This document shows positions 1-10,040 of a stretch of 64,000 bases of DNA, piece by piece (position 1 is the stretch's first letter; every line of letters starts with the position of its first letter). The notes beneath the pieces are model-generated. The model was not told the origin of the DNA. It made no database searches and was given only the letters and a program-made list of their open reading frames with translations. The translations under genes were made by a program, and so were the position numbers. Source of the DNA: an uncultured Bacteroidales bacterium. GTDB taxonomy: Bacteria; Bacteroidota; Bacteroidia; Bacteroidales; VadinHA17. The DNA lies in contig CAWJQH010000003.1 of NCBI GenBank assembly GCA_963844935.1, positions 238,505 through 302,504 of the forward strand, written 5' to 3'.

Positions 1-407
1 TGGGAGCCTACGCCGGCAAACAGACAGTCAAGAAGATAATCGCAGCCCATAAAAGCCCCGATAAGGCAAGGGTGCTTGTGATGGGTATGACCTTCAAGGA
101 GGATGTAACCGACATCCGCAACTCCAAGGTCATCGATGTGGTCAATGAGCTGCGCGATTTCGGCGTTGAGGTGGATGTCATCGATCCGGGCGCCTCATTT
201 GAGGAAGTGAAACATGAATACGGCATCGACCTGAAAGAAAAGGCAACCGGAAAATATGATGCCATTATCGTGGCTGTGGCCCATAAGGAATATGTCGGGC
301 TTGAGGAGAAATATTTCCTCGACCTGCTGAATGAAAGAGGTATCCTTGTCGATCTGAAAGGCCTGTACAGAAATAAGATGAAGTGGCTGACATACTGGAG
401 TCTCTGA
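1..407 (+). CDS. Nucleotide-sugar dehydrogenase (UDP-glucose/GDP-mannose dehydrogenase family), C-terminal fragment; 5' end lies outside the window
   Basis: Reading frame is open from the window start to TGA at 405-407. The tail ...GKQTVKKIIAAHKSPDKARVLVMGMTFKEDVTDIRNSKVIDVVNEL..VDVIDP... resembles the C-terminal UDP-binding domain of this family. Confidence 0.7.
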   Translation, partial: GAYAGKQTVKKIIAAHKSPDKARVLVMGMTFKEDVTDIRNSKVIDVVNELRDFGVEVDVIDPGASFEEVKHEYGIDLKEKATGKYDAIIVAVAHKEYVGLEEKYFLDLLNERGILVDLKGLYRNKMKWLTYWSL

Positions 408-1435
408 TGAAGAAAAAAGTAATTGTTACAGGCGGAACTGGCTACATCGGGTCTCACACTGCCGTTGAACTTATTGCTGACGGATTTGAGGTGGTGATAA
501 TAGACAACCTGTATAATTCGGACATCACTGTTCTTGACGGCATACAGGCTATCACGGGTATCAGGCCGAAGTTTTACGACTATGATATATGTGACCGGAG
601 TAAACTCAGCGAAGTGTTTGTTGCTGAGGGCCGGATCGATGCCATCGTTCACTTTGCTGCTTACAAGGCGGTGGGTGAATCAGTGCACAAACCGCTTGAC
701 TATTACAGGAACAATCTCGTCTCGCTGATGAATCTGCTTGATATGATGGAGCAGCACGGCACTCCTGCATTTGTATTCTCATCGTCATGTACCGTTTACG
801 GACAACCCGATAAACTGCCTGTCACTGAGACATCTCCGGTGAAGGAAGCAGAATCACCTTACGGTTATACAAAGCAGGCGGGAGAGATCATAATCAGGGA
901 TACAATGGCTGCCAGGAAAACGCAGAGGGCTGTTTCACTCAGGTATTTCAATCCGATCGGAGCACATCCCACTGCGTATTTAGGTGAACTGCCCCGCGGT
1001 GTGCCTGAAAACCTTGTACCCTTCATCACCCAGACTGCCATCGGCCTCAGGGATGAGCTCAGGGTTTTCGGGAATGATTATGACACTCCCGACGGATCAT
1101 GCATACGCGATTACCTGCATGTGGTTGACCTGGCAAAGGCACATGTGGTTGCACTGAAGAGACTTATTGAAGAAAGAAATAAGGAAAATTATGAGGTCTT
1201 TAACCTCGGCGCCGGAACGGGTGTCTCGGTCCTGGAGGCAATTGCTGCATTCGAACGTGCCACCGGGGAGAAGGTGAAATACACTATTGCCCCGAGAAGG
1301 GAAGGCGACATTGAAAAGATATGGGCTGATCCGTCGCTCGCAAACAGGGAGCTGAACTGGAAGACGGAGATCACGCTCGACGAAGCCATGGAGACAGCCT
1401 GGCGGTGGGAGAAAAAAATCAGAAACAAAACATAA
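407..1435 (+). CDS. galE: UDP-glucose 4-epimerase
   Basis: MKKKVIVTGGTGYIGSH Rossmann motif, SSSCTVYG, PYGYTKQ (YxxxK), RYFNPIGAHP. ATG at 407 overlaps the upstream TGA (TGATG). Confidence 0.9.
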   Translation: MKKKVIVTGGTGYIGSHTAVELIADGFEVVIIDNLYNSDITVLDGIQAITGIRPKFYDYDICDRSKLSEVFVAEGRIDAIVHFAAYKAVGESVHKPLDYYRNNLVSLMNLLDMMEQHGTPAFVFSSSCTVYGQPDKLPVTETSPVKEAESPYGYTKQAGEIIIRDTMAARKTQRAVSLRYFNPIGAHPTAYLGELPRGVPENLVPFITQTAIGLRDELRVFGNDYDTPDGSCIRDYLHVVDLAKAHVVALKRLIEERNKENYEVFNLGAGTGVSVLEAIAAFERATGEKVKYTIAPRREGDIEKIWADPSLANRELNWKTEITLDEAMETAWRWEKKIRNKT

Positions 1436-2490
1436 TGGAAAGAATATTGCTTATCACCGGTGGAGCCGGTTTCATCGGGTCACATGTTGTCAGGCGCTTC
1501 GTCAGACGATATCCTGATTATTATATAGTCAATGCCGACAAGCTTACCTATGCGGGCAACCTGGGTAACCTGACCGATATTGAAAAGGAACCGAACTATC
1601 TCTTCCGCAGGGTTGACATCGTTGACAAGCAGGCTGTGAACGCGCTTTTCAGCGAGTTCAGGTTCGACGGGGTGATACACCTTGCAGCCGAGTCACATGT
1701 CGACAGGTCAATTACCTCGCCCGATGAGTTCATTCTCACAAATATACTTGGCACCGTAAATCTCCTCGCGGCATTCCGCGATGTAACTCCTGCCGGTGAT
1801 GCCGGAAAGCTCTTTTATCACATCTCCACCGATGAGGTGTACGGGTCACTTGAGCACGGAGGATTGTTCACCGAACAGACAGCCTACGACCCAAGGAGCC
1901 CCTACTCTGCTTCCAAGGCAAGCTCTGACCACATGGTGAGAGCCTTTGGAAATACATACGGCCTTCCGTTCGTAATCTCAAACTGTTCAAACAATTACGG
2001 TCCAAACCAGTTCCCGGAAAAACTTATTCCGCTTACAATCAACAATATAAAGACCGGAAAACCAATACCCGTCTATGGCAGGGGTGAGAATATCAGGGAC
2101 TGGCTGTATGTTGAGGATCATGCCTCGGCTATTGATCTCATCTTCCATAAGGGTCAGGCAGGACAGACATACAATGTAGGCGGAGACAATGAATGGAAGA
2201 ATATTGACCTCGTCCGCCTCATGTGCAGTATCATGGATGATAAGCTGGGGAGGGAAAAAGGCAGTTCGGAAAAACTGATCACATATGTGACCGACCGCGC
2301 AGGTCATGATCTGAGATATGCAATCGACAGCAGCAAGCTGATGAGGGAGCTCGGGTGGAAGCCGTCAGTCACATTCGAACAGGGACTTGGAATGACGGTT
2401 GACTGGTATCTTTCAAATGAGAAATGGCTTGAGACAATAATCTCAGGAGCCTATTCGAAATATTACGAGGAAATGTACGGGAACCGGTAG
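1435..2490 (+). CDS. rfbB: dTDP-glucose 4,6-dehydratase
   Basis: ITGGAGFIGSH, HLAAESHVDRS, STDEVYG, PYSASKASSDH, NCSNNYGPNQFPEKLIP. ATG at 1435 overlaps the galE TAA (TAATG). Confidence 0.9.
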   Translation: MERILLITGGAGFIGSHVVRRFVRRYPDYYIVNADKLTYAGNLGNLTDIEKEPNYLFRRVDIVDKQAVNALFSEFRFDGVIHLAAESHVDRSITSPDEFILTNILGTVNLLAAFRDVTPAGDAGKLFYHISTDEVYGSLEHGGLFTEQTAYDPRSPYSASKASSDHMVRAFGNTYGLPFVISNCSNNYGPNQFPEKLIPLTINNIKTGKPIPVYGRGENIRDWLYVEDHASAIDLIFHKGQAGQTYNVGGDNEWKNIDLVRLMCSIMDDKLGREKGSSEKLITYVTDRAGHDLRYAIDSSKLMRELGWKPSVTFEQGLGMTVDWYLSNEKWLETIISGAYSKYYEEMYGNR

Positions 2491-2495
2491 AATTG

Positions 2496-2523
2496 GCGAT
2501 TTGCGATTTGCGATTTGCGAATT
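2496..2523. repeat. Heptanucleotide tandem repeat (GCGATTT)x3 + GCGAATT. The same 27 nt recur in inverted orientation at 45701-45727.
   Basis: Read directly: ggcgatttgcgatttgcgatttgcgaatt. It is followed by a second heptamer pair, ATTCTTA x2, at about 2537-2550. Confidence 0.85.
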
Positions 2524-2631
2524 AGCTGATAATCAAATTCTTAATTCTTAATCTCCTCAACCCCTGCAGACTGGCTGCTCACTAAAATGATCCACCGGAT
2601 CATTTCTTAACGCTCGCCCCTCTATTGCCTG

Positions 2632-4627
2632 TCATGATTTACAGCGCTTCAGCCGGCCGATCAGTTCATCTCCCAGTTCCGACTTGATCCTGATATGATC
2701 GAGGATTGCCAGAACGACGGAGTTCTTTTCAAAGTCACCTCTCACCTGCTCGAAATCGCGCTTCTTCACTTCATCATCGCCGTCTATTCCGAAGCCCGTC
2801 ATTGATGACAGGGTAAACTCCTTGCGGGCGTCCTCATAAAGCATGTGGTCAAGATCGACAACACTTTCCTTCCATTTTTCCACCAGGCTGATTATATCTG
2901 TGTGCCGTCAGTTTATCATTGGGAATGCCTGTCTCCCCGGGAAGCCGGTCATAGATCCAGGCCCATTCCATATCATAATAGTGCTTATGTATCTCCTCAA
3001 ATTTTTTATTGATGGCATCAGCGCTTTGCATTTCCATCTTCTCTATTGACGAGAGCAGGTTTTCGATCTCCTTGAGCGGCGCTATCAGTCCCGACATGTC
3101 AATCCAGTCACCGGTGCCCTTTTCATGATCCGGCTTTAATCTCTTTCTTATTTCGGTGTCGGATTTGAATTCAATCCCTTCAAGCCTCTTGATCACAGAG
3201 TTCCCGATGAATTTATTTATGCCCATCTGGTAAAGAGATATGCCGCGCTCGGCAGCAGAAGTCTTCATTCTCATTCTCTCATACGTGAGATAAGGCAGTC
3301 CTTCAGTATTCTCCTTCAGCAGCTTCTGCAGCAGGGCCCTGCCGTTCATCATTTTACCCGCTGTGAATGGGCTCAGAAGATTATAATTTATCTGGTCAAG
3401 CTTTTTCGAATCCTTGCGTGCATCACGCTTCGGCCACTTCTGTGCATCACGGATGGTTCCCACGCTGCGCAGGTTAATGCCCGGCACAAGCTGCGACTCG
3501 TAGTTCACTTCAGTCAGGTAGGAAAATGGGAACTGTGTGGTATCAGCGTTATGGTAATGGCGACCCACGACAAGGGTAAACGGACCTATACGGGAAGGCC
3601 ACAGCACATAGGAGTCACTTGTTGTCTTGGATCCTCTCTCCATTATACCCTGGTGGATCGGTCCCAGCTTGTACATGTGATTGCTCTGGTTCGATCCGCT
3701 GCCGGCATTCATGAACGAGAATATACCTGCAATAAGAAGGGTCGATTTATGATGAGTTACAGTATAGGGCCCGGCGAATATTGAACATGCCTCGCCGTGA
3801 TATCCGCCGCAGTTTGAAAAGAAGAGCGAGTTTTCGGCCGAATACTGTTTTGACAGCGTACAACCCTGTCCTATGAAGCATTTGTCTATGACAGCAGCAT
3901 CATTGACCTTTGATCCGGAGCATATTATAAAGTGATCCATTATAACATCGTTGCCGATGTAAACAGGATCCTTGAATGAGCTGTTCACCGAACCTTCAGC
4001 CAGTCGTGACACATCTTCAATGACCGCGCCGTTACCGATCTTTACATTCTTAATGGTTCCGCATCCGGCAATATATGATCCTGAGCCGATCACTCCGCGA
4101 TCAGACTTGACGCTCTCTGCATACTTGTCAATAAGATTTTCTATCACCTCGATGGCGGCAGGCCTGTGGCGGTACAGGGTTATTATATACGCCATGTGTG
4201 ATGTCAGCCTGTCCCAGATCGGCACCTCGCGTCCTCCGGTCTCATTCAGCACTGCCACCCGGGTACCGTTCCCGAACGATGTACTTCCTTCGGTTGAAAT
4301 ATGCCCGCAGTTCCTGATCACGACACCCTCTCCAATGTCATAATTGGCAATAAAGCCCGTGATGTCAGTGATAGTTACATTATCTTCAATGGTGCAGTTA
4401 TGGATATGGGCATTTTTTATACCGTGCGGCAACGGCAGTCCGCACCTCTCACGCGCTATGCCTTTAAAGAGTCCCAGTTTCACTGTCCCGGAGAAAGTGA
4501 CATTCTGGATTCGCTCAGCATTGAAAGGCTCTTTGACCAGTACACTCCCCCATGAGCTGCTTCTGCATCCTGCAGCCTCAAGACCACGTATCTCACCGAT
4601 ACTCAGATTTCTGTAACCGTCGGCCAT
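2632..4627 (-). pseudogene. DUF4954-like left-handed beta-helix protein, split by one frameshift (592-aa ORF + 83-aa ORF); pseudogene or sequencing error
   Basis: The ORFs 2849-4627 and 2632-2883 are colinear. Reading through in the alternative frame gives ...LTAH/DIISLVEKWKESVVDLDHMLYEDARKEF. The N-terminus MADGYRNLSIGEIRGLEAAGCRSSSWGSVLV and the hexapeptide-like repeats fit the about 650-680-aa Bacteroidota DUF4954 family as I remember it. Confidence 0.55.
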
Positions 4628-4642
4628 ATGATTTTGATTTTA

Positions 4643-6481
4643 TTATTCGACAGTGACTGATTTTGCCAGGTTTCGCGGCTGATCAACATCACATCCGCGC
4701 AAAACCGCAATATGATAAGAGAGTAGCTGAAGGGGAATAACAGCCAGGACGGGAGCAAAGACGTTAATTGTATCAGGCACCTCCATCACATAATCAGCCA
4801 TCTTGCTGATTACCTGGTCGCCTTCTGTCACCACTGCTATTACTTTTCCCTTGCGTGCCTTGACCTCCTGGATGTTGCTTACGATTTTGTCATATGAGTT
4901 CTCCTTTGTCGCAACCACCACCACGGGCATGTGCTCATCAATAAGGGCGATGGGGCCGTGCTTCATTTCCGCGGCAGGATAACCTTCCGCATGGATGTAC
5001 GATATTTCCTTGAGTTTCAGTGCGCCTTCAAGAGCCACAGGGTACAAAAGACCTCTTCCAAGGTACAGCGCGTTCGTTGAATCCTTGTATATTTTTGCGA
5101 GAGCCAGGGCCTGGTCATTAATCTTCAGGGCTTCCTCTACCTTATCGGGTAATCTTGTCAGTTCTACAATAAGATTGTGATAATGTGTCTCATCAATCAG
5201 ACCCTTACGGTATCCGATCTCAAAAGCAATCATGGCCAGGGTTACCACCTGTGTGGTGAAAGCCTTTGTAGAGGCAACACCTATCTCAGGGCCGGCATGT
5301 GTGAAGACGCCGGCATTGGTCTCACGTGATATTGATGACCCTACCACGTTGCAGATGCCCAGCACCATTGCACCTCTCTCCTTGGCCAGTTTTATAGCTG
5401 CAAGAGTGTCGGCCGTTTCGCCGCTCTGGCTTATTGCAAGAACGATATCTCCCTTTTTGATGATAGGATCACGGTATCTGAACTCCGATGCGTACTCCAC
5501 CTCAACAGGTATGCGGCAATACTCCTCAATTATATATTCACCGACCAGCCCGGCATGCCATGATGTTCCGCAGGCCACAATCAGTATCCTGTCTGCGGCA
5601 GCCATCGTTTCAAAGACATTGTACAGTCCTCCCAGCATCAGTCCCGACTGGTTCGGAAGCACCCTGCCCCTGAAGGTGTCATGTATGGCACGTGGCTGTT
5701 CGAAGATCTCCTTGAGCATAAAATGAGGGAAGCCTTCCTTGTCAATCTCTCCGATCTTAAGATCGACATTCTTTACTTCGGGTTCAAAGGGCTTGTTCTT
5801 TATTGCCTTCAGCACCATCTCATCCTTGCTTATGACAGCCAGGTCATCGTCGTTCAGGTAAATGACCCGCTGGGTGTACTCAACGATGGGAGTGGCATCG
5901 GAAGCGATGAAGTTCTCTCCCTCGCCCACGCCTATCACCAGCGGTGATCCCTGCCGTGCAGCGAACATTTTATTTGGTTCGTCACGGCAGTAGACAGCAA
6001 TGCCGTATGTGCCTTCCACCTTATTGAGCGCCATGATGATCGCCTGCTCGGCTGACAGGTCACCTTCAAGATAGAGGTGCTCCATAAGATTGGCCAGCAC
6101 TTCGGTGTCAGTCTGGCTTGTGAATTTGACATCACGGCTCTCGAGATGGTGTTTTATGCGTGCGTAGTTCTCGATAATCCCGTTGTGAACGACAATGAAA
6201 TGTCCCCTGCTTGAAACCTGCGGGTGAGCGTTTATCTCATTGGGTTCACCGTGGGTGGCCCAGCGGGTATGACCCATGGCCATATTCCCGTTGAAGTCTT
6301 TGCTGGCGACCATCTCTTCAAGATCGCGTACCCTGCCGGCGCATTTGAAGATCTCCGTTCTCTGGCCATTGCTGATTGCAATGCCGGCGGAGTCATATCC
6401 CCTGTATTCAAGCCGTTTCAGCCCGTTTATAACAATATCACGGGCCGGCCGTGAACCAATATATCCTACAATTCCACACAT
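4643..6481 (-). CDS. glmS: Glutamine--fructose-6-phosphate aminotransferase (isomerizing)
   Basis: MCGIVGYIG N-terminal Cys nucleophile, two SIS domains, C-terminal ...DQPRNLAKSVTVE, 612 aa. Confidence 0.95.
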   Translation of the reverse strand: MCGIVGYIGSRPARDIVINGLKRLEYRGYDSAGIAISNGQRTEIFKCAGRVRDLEEMVASKDFNGNMAMGHTRWATHGEPNEINAHPQVSSRGHFIVVHNGIIENYARIKHHLESRDVKFTSQTDTEVLANLMEHLYLEGDLSAEQAIIMALNKVEGTYGIAVYCRDEPNKMFAARQGSPLVIGVGEGENFIASDATPIVEYTQRVIYLNDDDLAVISKDEMVLKAIKNKPFEPEVKNVDLKIGEIDKEGFPHFMLKEIFEQPRAIHDTFRGRVLPNQSGLMLGGLYNVFETMAAADRILIVACGTSWHAGLVGEYIIEEYCRIPVEVEYASEFRYRDPIIKKGDIVLAISQSGETADTLAAIKLAKERGAMVLGICNVVGSSISRETNAGVFTHAGPEIGVASTKAFTTQVVTLAMIAFEIGYRKGLIDETHYHNLIVELTRLPDKVEEALKINDQALALAKIYKDSTNALYLGRGLLYPVALEGALKLKEISYIHAEGYPAAEMKHGPIALIDEHMPVVVVATKENSYDKIVSNIQEVKARKGKVIAVVTEGDQVISKMADYVMEVPDTINVFAPVLAVIPLQLLSYHIAVLRGCDVDQPRNLAKSVTVE

Positions 6482-6505
6482 AGGCGGTTAGTATGTATTT
6501 GTTAA

Positions 6506-7804
6506 TCAATAGAGCGTGTAAACGAACTCAAACCTGACAGTGGGGTCATTCGCATTGACCTTAAAGATCACATTGCTGTCTGATGCCAGCGGATAATACA
6601 TTTCAACCGAGGGATTTTCAACAACTCCTTCAAGATATTGCTGCACAAAACTGGTGATATTGAATATGTAATAATCCTTTGCGTTATAGTAGGTGCCGTC
6701 AAGAAATCCGACATCATGAATGAGGTCAAGGATGGCGACTTCATTGCCTTCCGCGTCACGGTATCTCAGGAAAATTCTTGTAGGAACGTCGGCTTCCGGA
6801 AAGTACTCGTCATCAAGGTAAACAGGCACATATAGCCTTGCCTTGTTCACTCCGATGTTTTTATTACCCCTCAGGGTGCTGAGCGATGGTATATCGAACC
6901 TGGAATAAACGCCCTTGAAAGCCTGCAGGTAGACCACCGTGTCCTCATAAAAATCATTGATATGCTGGATCTGCTTGTCAGGGTCAGCGGTAGTGTAGTC
7001 ATGCAGGAACCTGTTATAGTTCACAGCCCTGTTTGTTGCCACAAAGGAGTAGCTGTACTTGACGTCTGAAGGATTATGATAATAAACGGTTATTGCCAGC
7101 GGGCTGTCATCGGCTGTCAGGGTGATGAGCACGGGGTTTGTTTCGCTCCTGATACCGAAATACAACCCTTTGAAGAAGGTCGTGTAGAAATCTGATGCGG
7201 GAAGGAACTGGGTTGTGTCGCGGAGAAGGTATTCGCCGACCCAGAGAGGCATGGTGACTGAATAGGTGGAATCTTCAACAAGCACAGGCATGGGATACTC
7301 ACCCAGGAATTTTATTGTGTCAGGGTCCTGGTTGGAATAATAATCCGTTGTGTCAGTGAGAAGGGTTCCTGTCTCATATAGTCTTATGTAATGAACTGCG
7401 GTGGTGTCACCTGAGACATCAGAAAGTTCAAACTGGAGCTTAACCGAATCAATTGTAAAGTCCTGGTGCGGCCAGGGGGTGACAAGTCTCAGCTGGGTCA
7501 CAAAGTCGCAGGTTGTCGTTCCAAAATACGCATCATTGATACCTCCGGCAAACATACGGGTACTGTCGGCAGAGATTGACTGCTCGTCAAACATTGTGTA
7601 TGCCTTTATGCTGAGTGTATCCGTTGAATAAATATCCACAAAGTCTTCGTCAGGCAAGAGGTCGATCCCGATCTTTGTCGGATCCTGTTCGCATGATGAA
7701 AAAACTACGGTTAGCAGTGTGAAGAGAGGCAGAATAATATTTAGCAGCCCTGTTGCCGGGCTATTGCGGTCGTTATTTTTTTTTGTCCTGTAAAAGCTTG
7801 TCAT
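6506..7804 (-). CDS. DUF4270-like lipoprotein (function unknown)
   Basis: Lipoprotein-type signal ...LLNIILPLFTLLTVVFSSCEQD. Position between glmS and the short glycogen-synthase-like gene is typical for Bacteroidota. The start is uncertain: in-frame Met codons at 7804, 7813, 7822 and 7909 all overlap the upstream gene. Confidence 0.5.
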   Translation of the reverse strand: MTSFYRTKKNNDRNSPATGLLNIILPLFTLLTVVFSSCEQDPTKIGIDLLPDEDFVDIYSTDTLSIKAYTMFDEQSISADSTRMFAGGINDAYFGTTTCDFVTQLRLVTPWPHQDFTIDSVKLQFELSDVSGDTTAVHYIRLYETGTLLTDTTDYYSNQDPDTIKFLGEYPMPVLVEDSTYSVTMPLWVGEYLLRDTTQFLPASDFYTTFFKGLYFGIRSETNPVLITLTADDSPLAITVYYHNPSDVKYSYSFVATNRAVNYNRFLHDYTTADPDKQIQHINDFYEDTVVYLQAFKGVYSRFDIPSLSTLRGNKNIGVNKARLYVPVYLDDEYFPEADVPTRIFLRYRDAEGNEVAILDLIHDVGFLDGTYYNAKDYYIFNITSFVQQYLEGVVENPSVEMYYPLASDSNVIFKVNANDPTVRFEFVYTLY

Positions 7805-8594
7805 AAAAATCATTGTAAGCATCAATATAATTCTCCTCGCCCTGATATTCCAGGAGAGGCTTGTCAGTCCCGGCAAGATATTTTTTAACACCCTCGTCAA
7901 TTTTATCACATCCGATAATTATGCCGTCAGAATTTTCAGCAGCCAGCCGGGTGAGGCTGAGGAAGTCTGTATTGCTCTTAATTACCTTCAGTGCGCTTTT
8001 TTCAATTCCGTCAGCTGCAAGTTTTTCATGCAGTGAAGATTTCAACGGCTTTTTATATCCGTTATTGTAAACAGAGTAAACGGTTTTGAGCTTATTGAAC
8101 ACCGGGTCATCCGAATAGAGTTTGCGGAGATAGATGGGTATAAGTGAGGTGAGCCATCCGTGACAATGGACTATATCGGGGCTCCAGCGTAATTTCCTTA
8201 CGGTCTCTATCACTCCCCTGGCAAAGAAAATGGCTCTCTCGTCATTGTCTTCGTACTCTGCTCCGGCTGCATCAGCAACAGTGTGCTTGCGCTGGAAATA
8301 ATCATCGTTGTCAATGAAGTAAACCTGCATGCGGGCAGACTGTATGCTGGCCACCTTGATGATCAGGGGATGGTCAGTATCATCAATGATGAGGTTCATC
8401 CCCGACAGGCGGATGACTTCATGAAGCTGATTCCTTCTTTCGTTGATTGATCCGTATCGGGGCATAAATGTCCGGATCTCTTTCCCCCTTTCCTGTATGC
8501 CTTGCGGCAGATCACGGCTGATCTTCGAAAGCTTTGTCTCTCCCAGGTACGGCATTATCTCCTGTGAAACAAACAACACCCTTCTGCTTTCCAT
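7773..8594 (-). CDS. Short glycogen/starch-synthase-like glycosyltransferase (GT5 N-terminal-domain type)
   Basis: VLFVSQEIMPYLGETKLSKISRDLPQ...RTFMPRYG...HCHGWLTSLIP resembles the catalytic N-domain of glycogen synthase. ATG at 8594 chosen over the upstream alternative start. Confidence 0.6.
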   Translation of the reverse strand: MESRRVLFVSQEIMPYLGETKLSKISRDLPQGIQERGKEIRTFMPRYGSINERRNQLHEVIRLSGMNLIIDDTDHPLIIKVASIQSARMQVYFIDNDDYFQRKHTVADAAGAEYEDNDERAIFFARGVIETVRKLRWSPDIVHCHGWLTSLIPIYLRKLYSDDPVFNKLKTVYSVYNNGYKKPLKSSLHEKLAADGIEKSALKVIKSNTDFLSLTRLAAENSDGIIIGCDKIDEGVKKYLAGTDKPLLEYQGEENYIDAYNDFYDKLLQDKKK

Positions 8595-8775
8595 TAAAAC
8601 CTCCCGATGTACCTTATTTAATACAAAGTGCAAAGATAATAAAAAAAATACAATTAATTTCCAAGCTTAAATACTGCGGGTTACAAACAAAATGGCGTTA
8701 CTTTGTACTTGCGCATGGTCAAAAAAAGACCAGTTCCGATAAGAGGCAATTATCACGGTTTCTAAAAACAGAAAG

Positions 8776-9633
8776 ATGAAAGTGTTTACTACTGCCAAGG
8801 AGATCAGGGAGCATTACAGGAACGTTGTGCTGAGGTCTCCGGGCTTCGTGCCAACCATGGGAGCGCTGCATGAAGGCCATATCTCACTGGTTGAAACCGC
8901 GGTCAGCAGCTGCCGCATGGTGGCCGTGAGCATCTTTGTCAACCCCACCCAGTTCAATGACCCTGAAGACCTGAAAAAGTACCCGCGCACAATAGATGCG
9001 GATCTTGACATGCTGTCACTGGTGCTCAGGGAAAATGACTTTGTCTTTGTCCCTTCCGCAGAGGAGATCTACCCTGAACCTGATACCAGGACATTCGACT
9101 TCGGAGAACTTGACAAGGTGATGGAGGGAGTACACAGGCCGGGGCATTTCAACGGAGTGGCACAGGTGGTCTCACGGCTTTTTGACATTATCAGGCCTTC
9201 TTCCGCTTTCTTCGGGCAGAAGGATTTTCAGCAGCTGACAATAATCAGGGAAATGGCGCGCCGGAGCTTCCCGAAAATCGAGATCGTCTCATGCCCGATC
9301 GTGAGGGAGAAGGACGGACTGGCAATGAGCAGCCGTAACAGGCGCCTGCTGCCGGAACACCGTGAAAGAGCAGGGGAAATATTCAAGACACTGCTCGCTG
9401 CCGCAGCAATGGCTTCTGACACCGAAACGGCAGATATCAGGGAATTTGTGACTGACCGGATAAATATGATTCCGGGATTTAATCTTGAATACTTCGAGAT
9501 CGTTGAAGAAAACACCCTTACCCCAGTCAGATCAAGGAATGAAATGACACCGGATAAGAATTATTTCGGCTGTATCGCCCTGTTTGCAGGAGAGGTGAGA
9601 CTGATTGACAACATCGCGATCAGGTTGCGTTGA
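8776..9633 (+). CDS. panC: Pantoate--beta-alanine ligase
   Basis: GFVPTMGALHEGHISLV, FVNPTQF, FGQKDFQQL, MSSRN motifs. Confidence 0.9.
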   Translation: MKVFTTAKEIREHYRNVVLRSPGFVPTMGALHEGHISLVETAVSSCRMVAVSIFVNPTQFNDPEDLKKYPRTIDADLDMLSLVLRENDFVFVPSAEEIYPEPDTRTFDFGELDKVMEGVHRPGHFNGVAQVVSRLFDIIRPSSAFFGQKDFQQLTIIREMARRSFPKIEIVSCPIVREKDGLAMSSRNRRLLPEHRERAGEIFKTLLAAAAMASDTETADIREFVTDRINMIPGFNLEYFEIVEENTLTPVRSRNEMTPDKNYFGCIALFAGEVRLIDNIAIRLR

Positions 9634-9687
9634 ATAAAAGGAAATGTATCTTTGCACAAATTCAGCAGCAGGTCATCCTGAAAAACC

Positions 9688-10038
9688 ATGATGATAGAAG
9701 TAGTAAAATCGAAAATTCATAATGTAACCGTCACCGGCGCCAATCTCAACTATATAGGAAGCGTGACTATTGACGAAGACCTTATGGACGCCTCCAATAT
9801 CATTGAAAATGAGAAGGTACATGTTCTTAACATGAATTCAGGCGACAGGCTTATAACCTATGTCATAAAGGGAAAGCGAGGATCGGGTGAAATCTGTCTC
9901 AACGGGCCGGCGGCCAGAAGAACGTCAATTGGCGATGTGATAATCATTATGTCATACGCCATGATGGACTTCGAAGATGCCAAAACCTTCAGGCCACGAA
10001 TCATCTTTCCTGACACAGCAACCAACAAACTGATCTGA
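9688..10038 (+). CDS. panD: Aspartate 1-decarboxylase
   Basis: [27 protein letters not shown] (the self-processing G-S site), NGPAARR, 116 aa. Confidence 0.9.
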   Translation: MMIEVVKSKIHNVTVTGANLNYIGSVTIDEDLMDASNIIENEKVHVLNMNSGDRLITYVIKGKRGSGEICLNGPAARRTSIGDVIIIMSYAMMDFEDAKTFRPRIIFPDTATNKLI

Positions 10039-10040
10039 CA

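Noticed and set aside
8-652. 214-aa minus-strand ORF at the window start
   Set aside because: It lies entirely antisense to the nucleotide-sugar dehydrogenase tail and galE, both of which have clear family motifs. Its translation is low-complexity with no recognisable motif. It is a typical shadow ORF.
2496-2556. CRISPR array or minisatellite interpretation of the heptamer repeats (also 45637-45730)
   Set aside because: The units are 7 nt with no spacers and only 3-4 copies. That is far too short for CRISPR repeats, and no cas genes are present. I treat them as simple or dispersed repeats instead.
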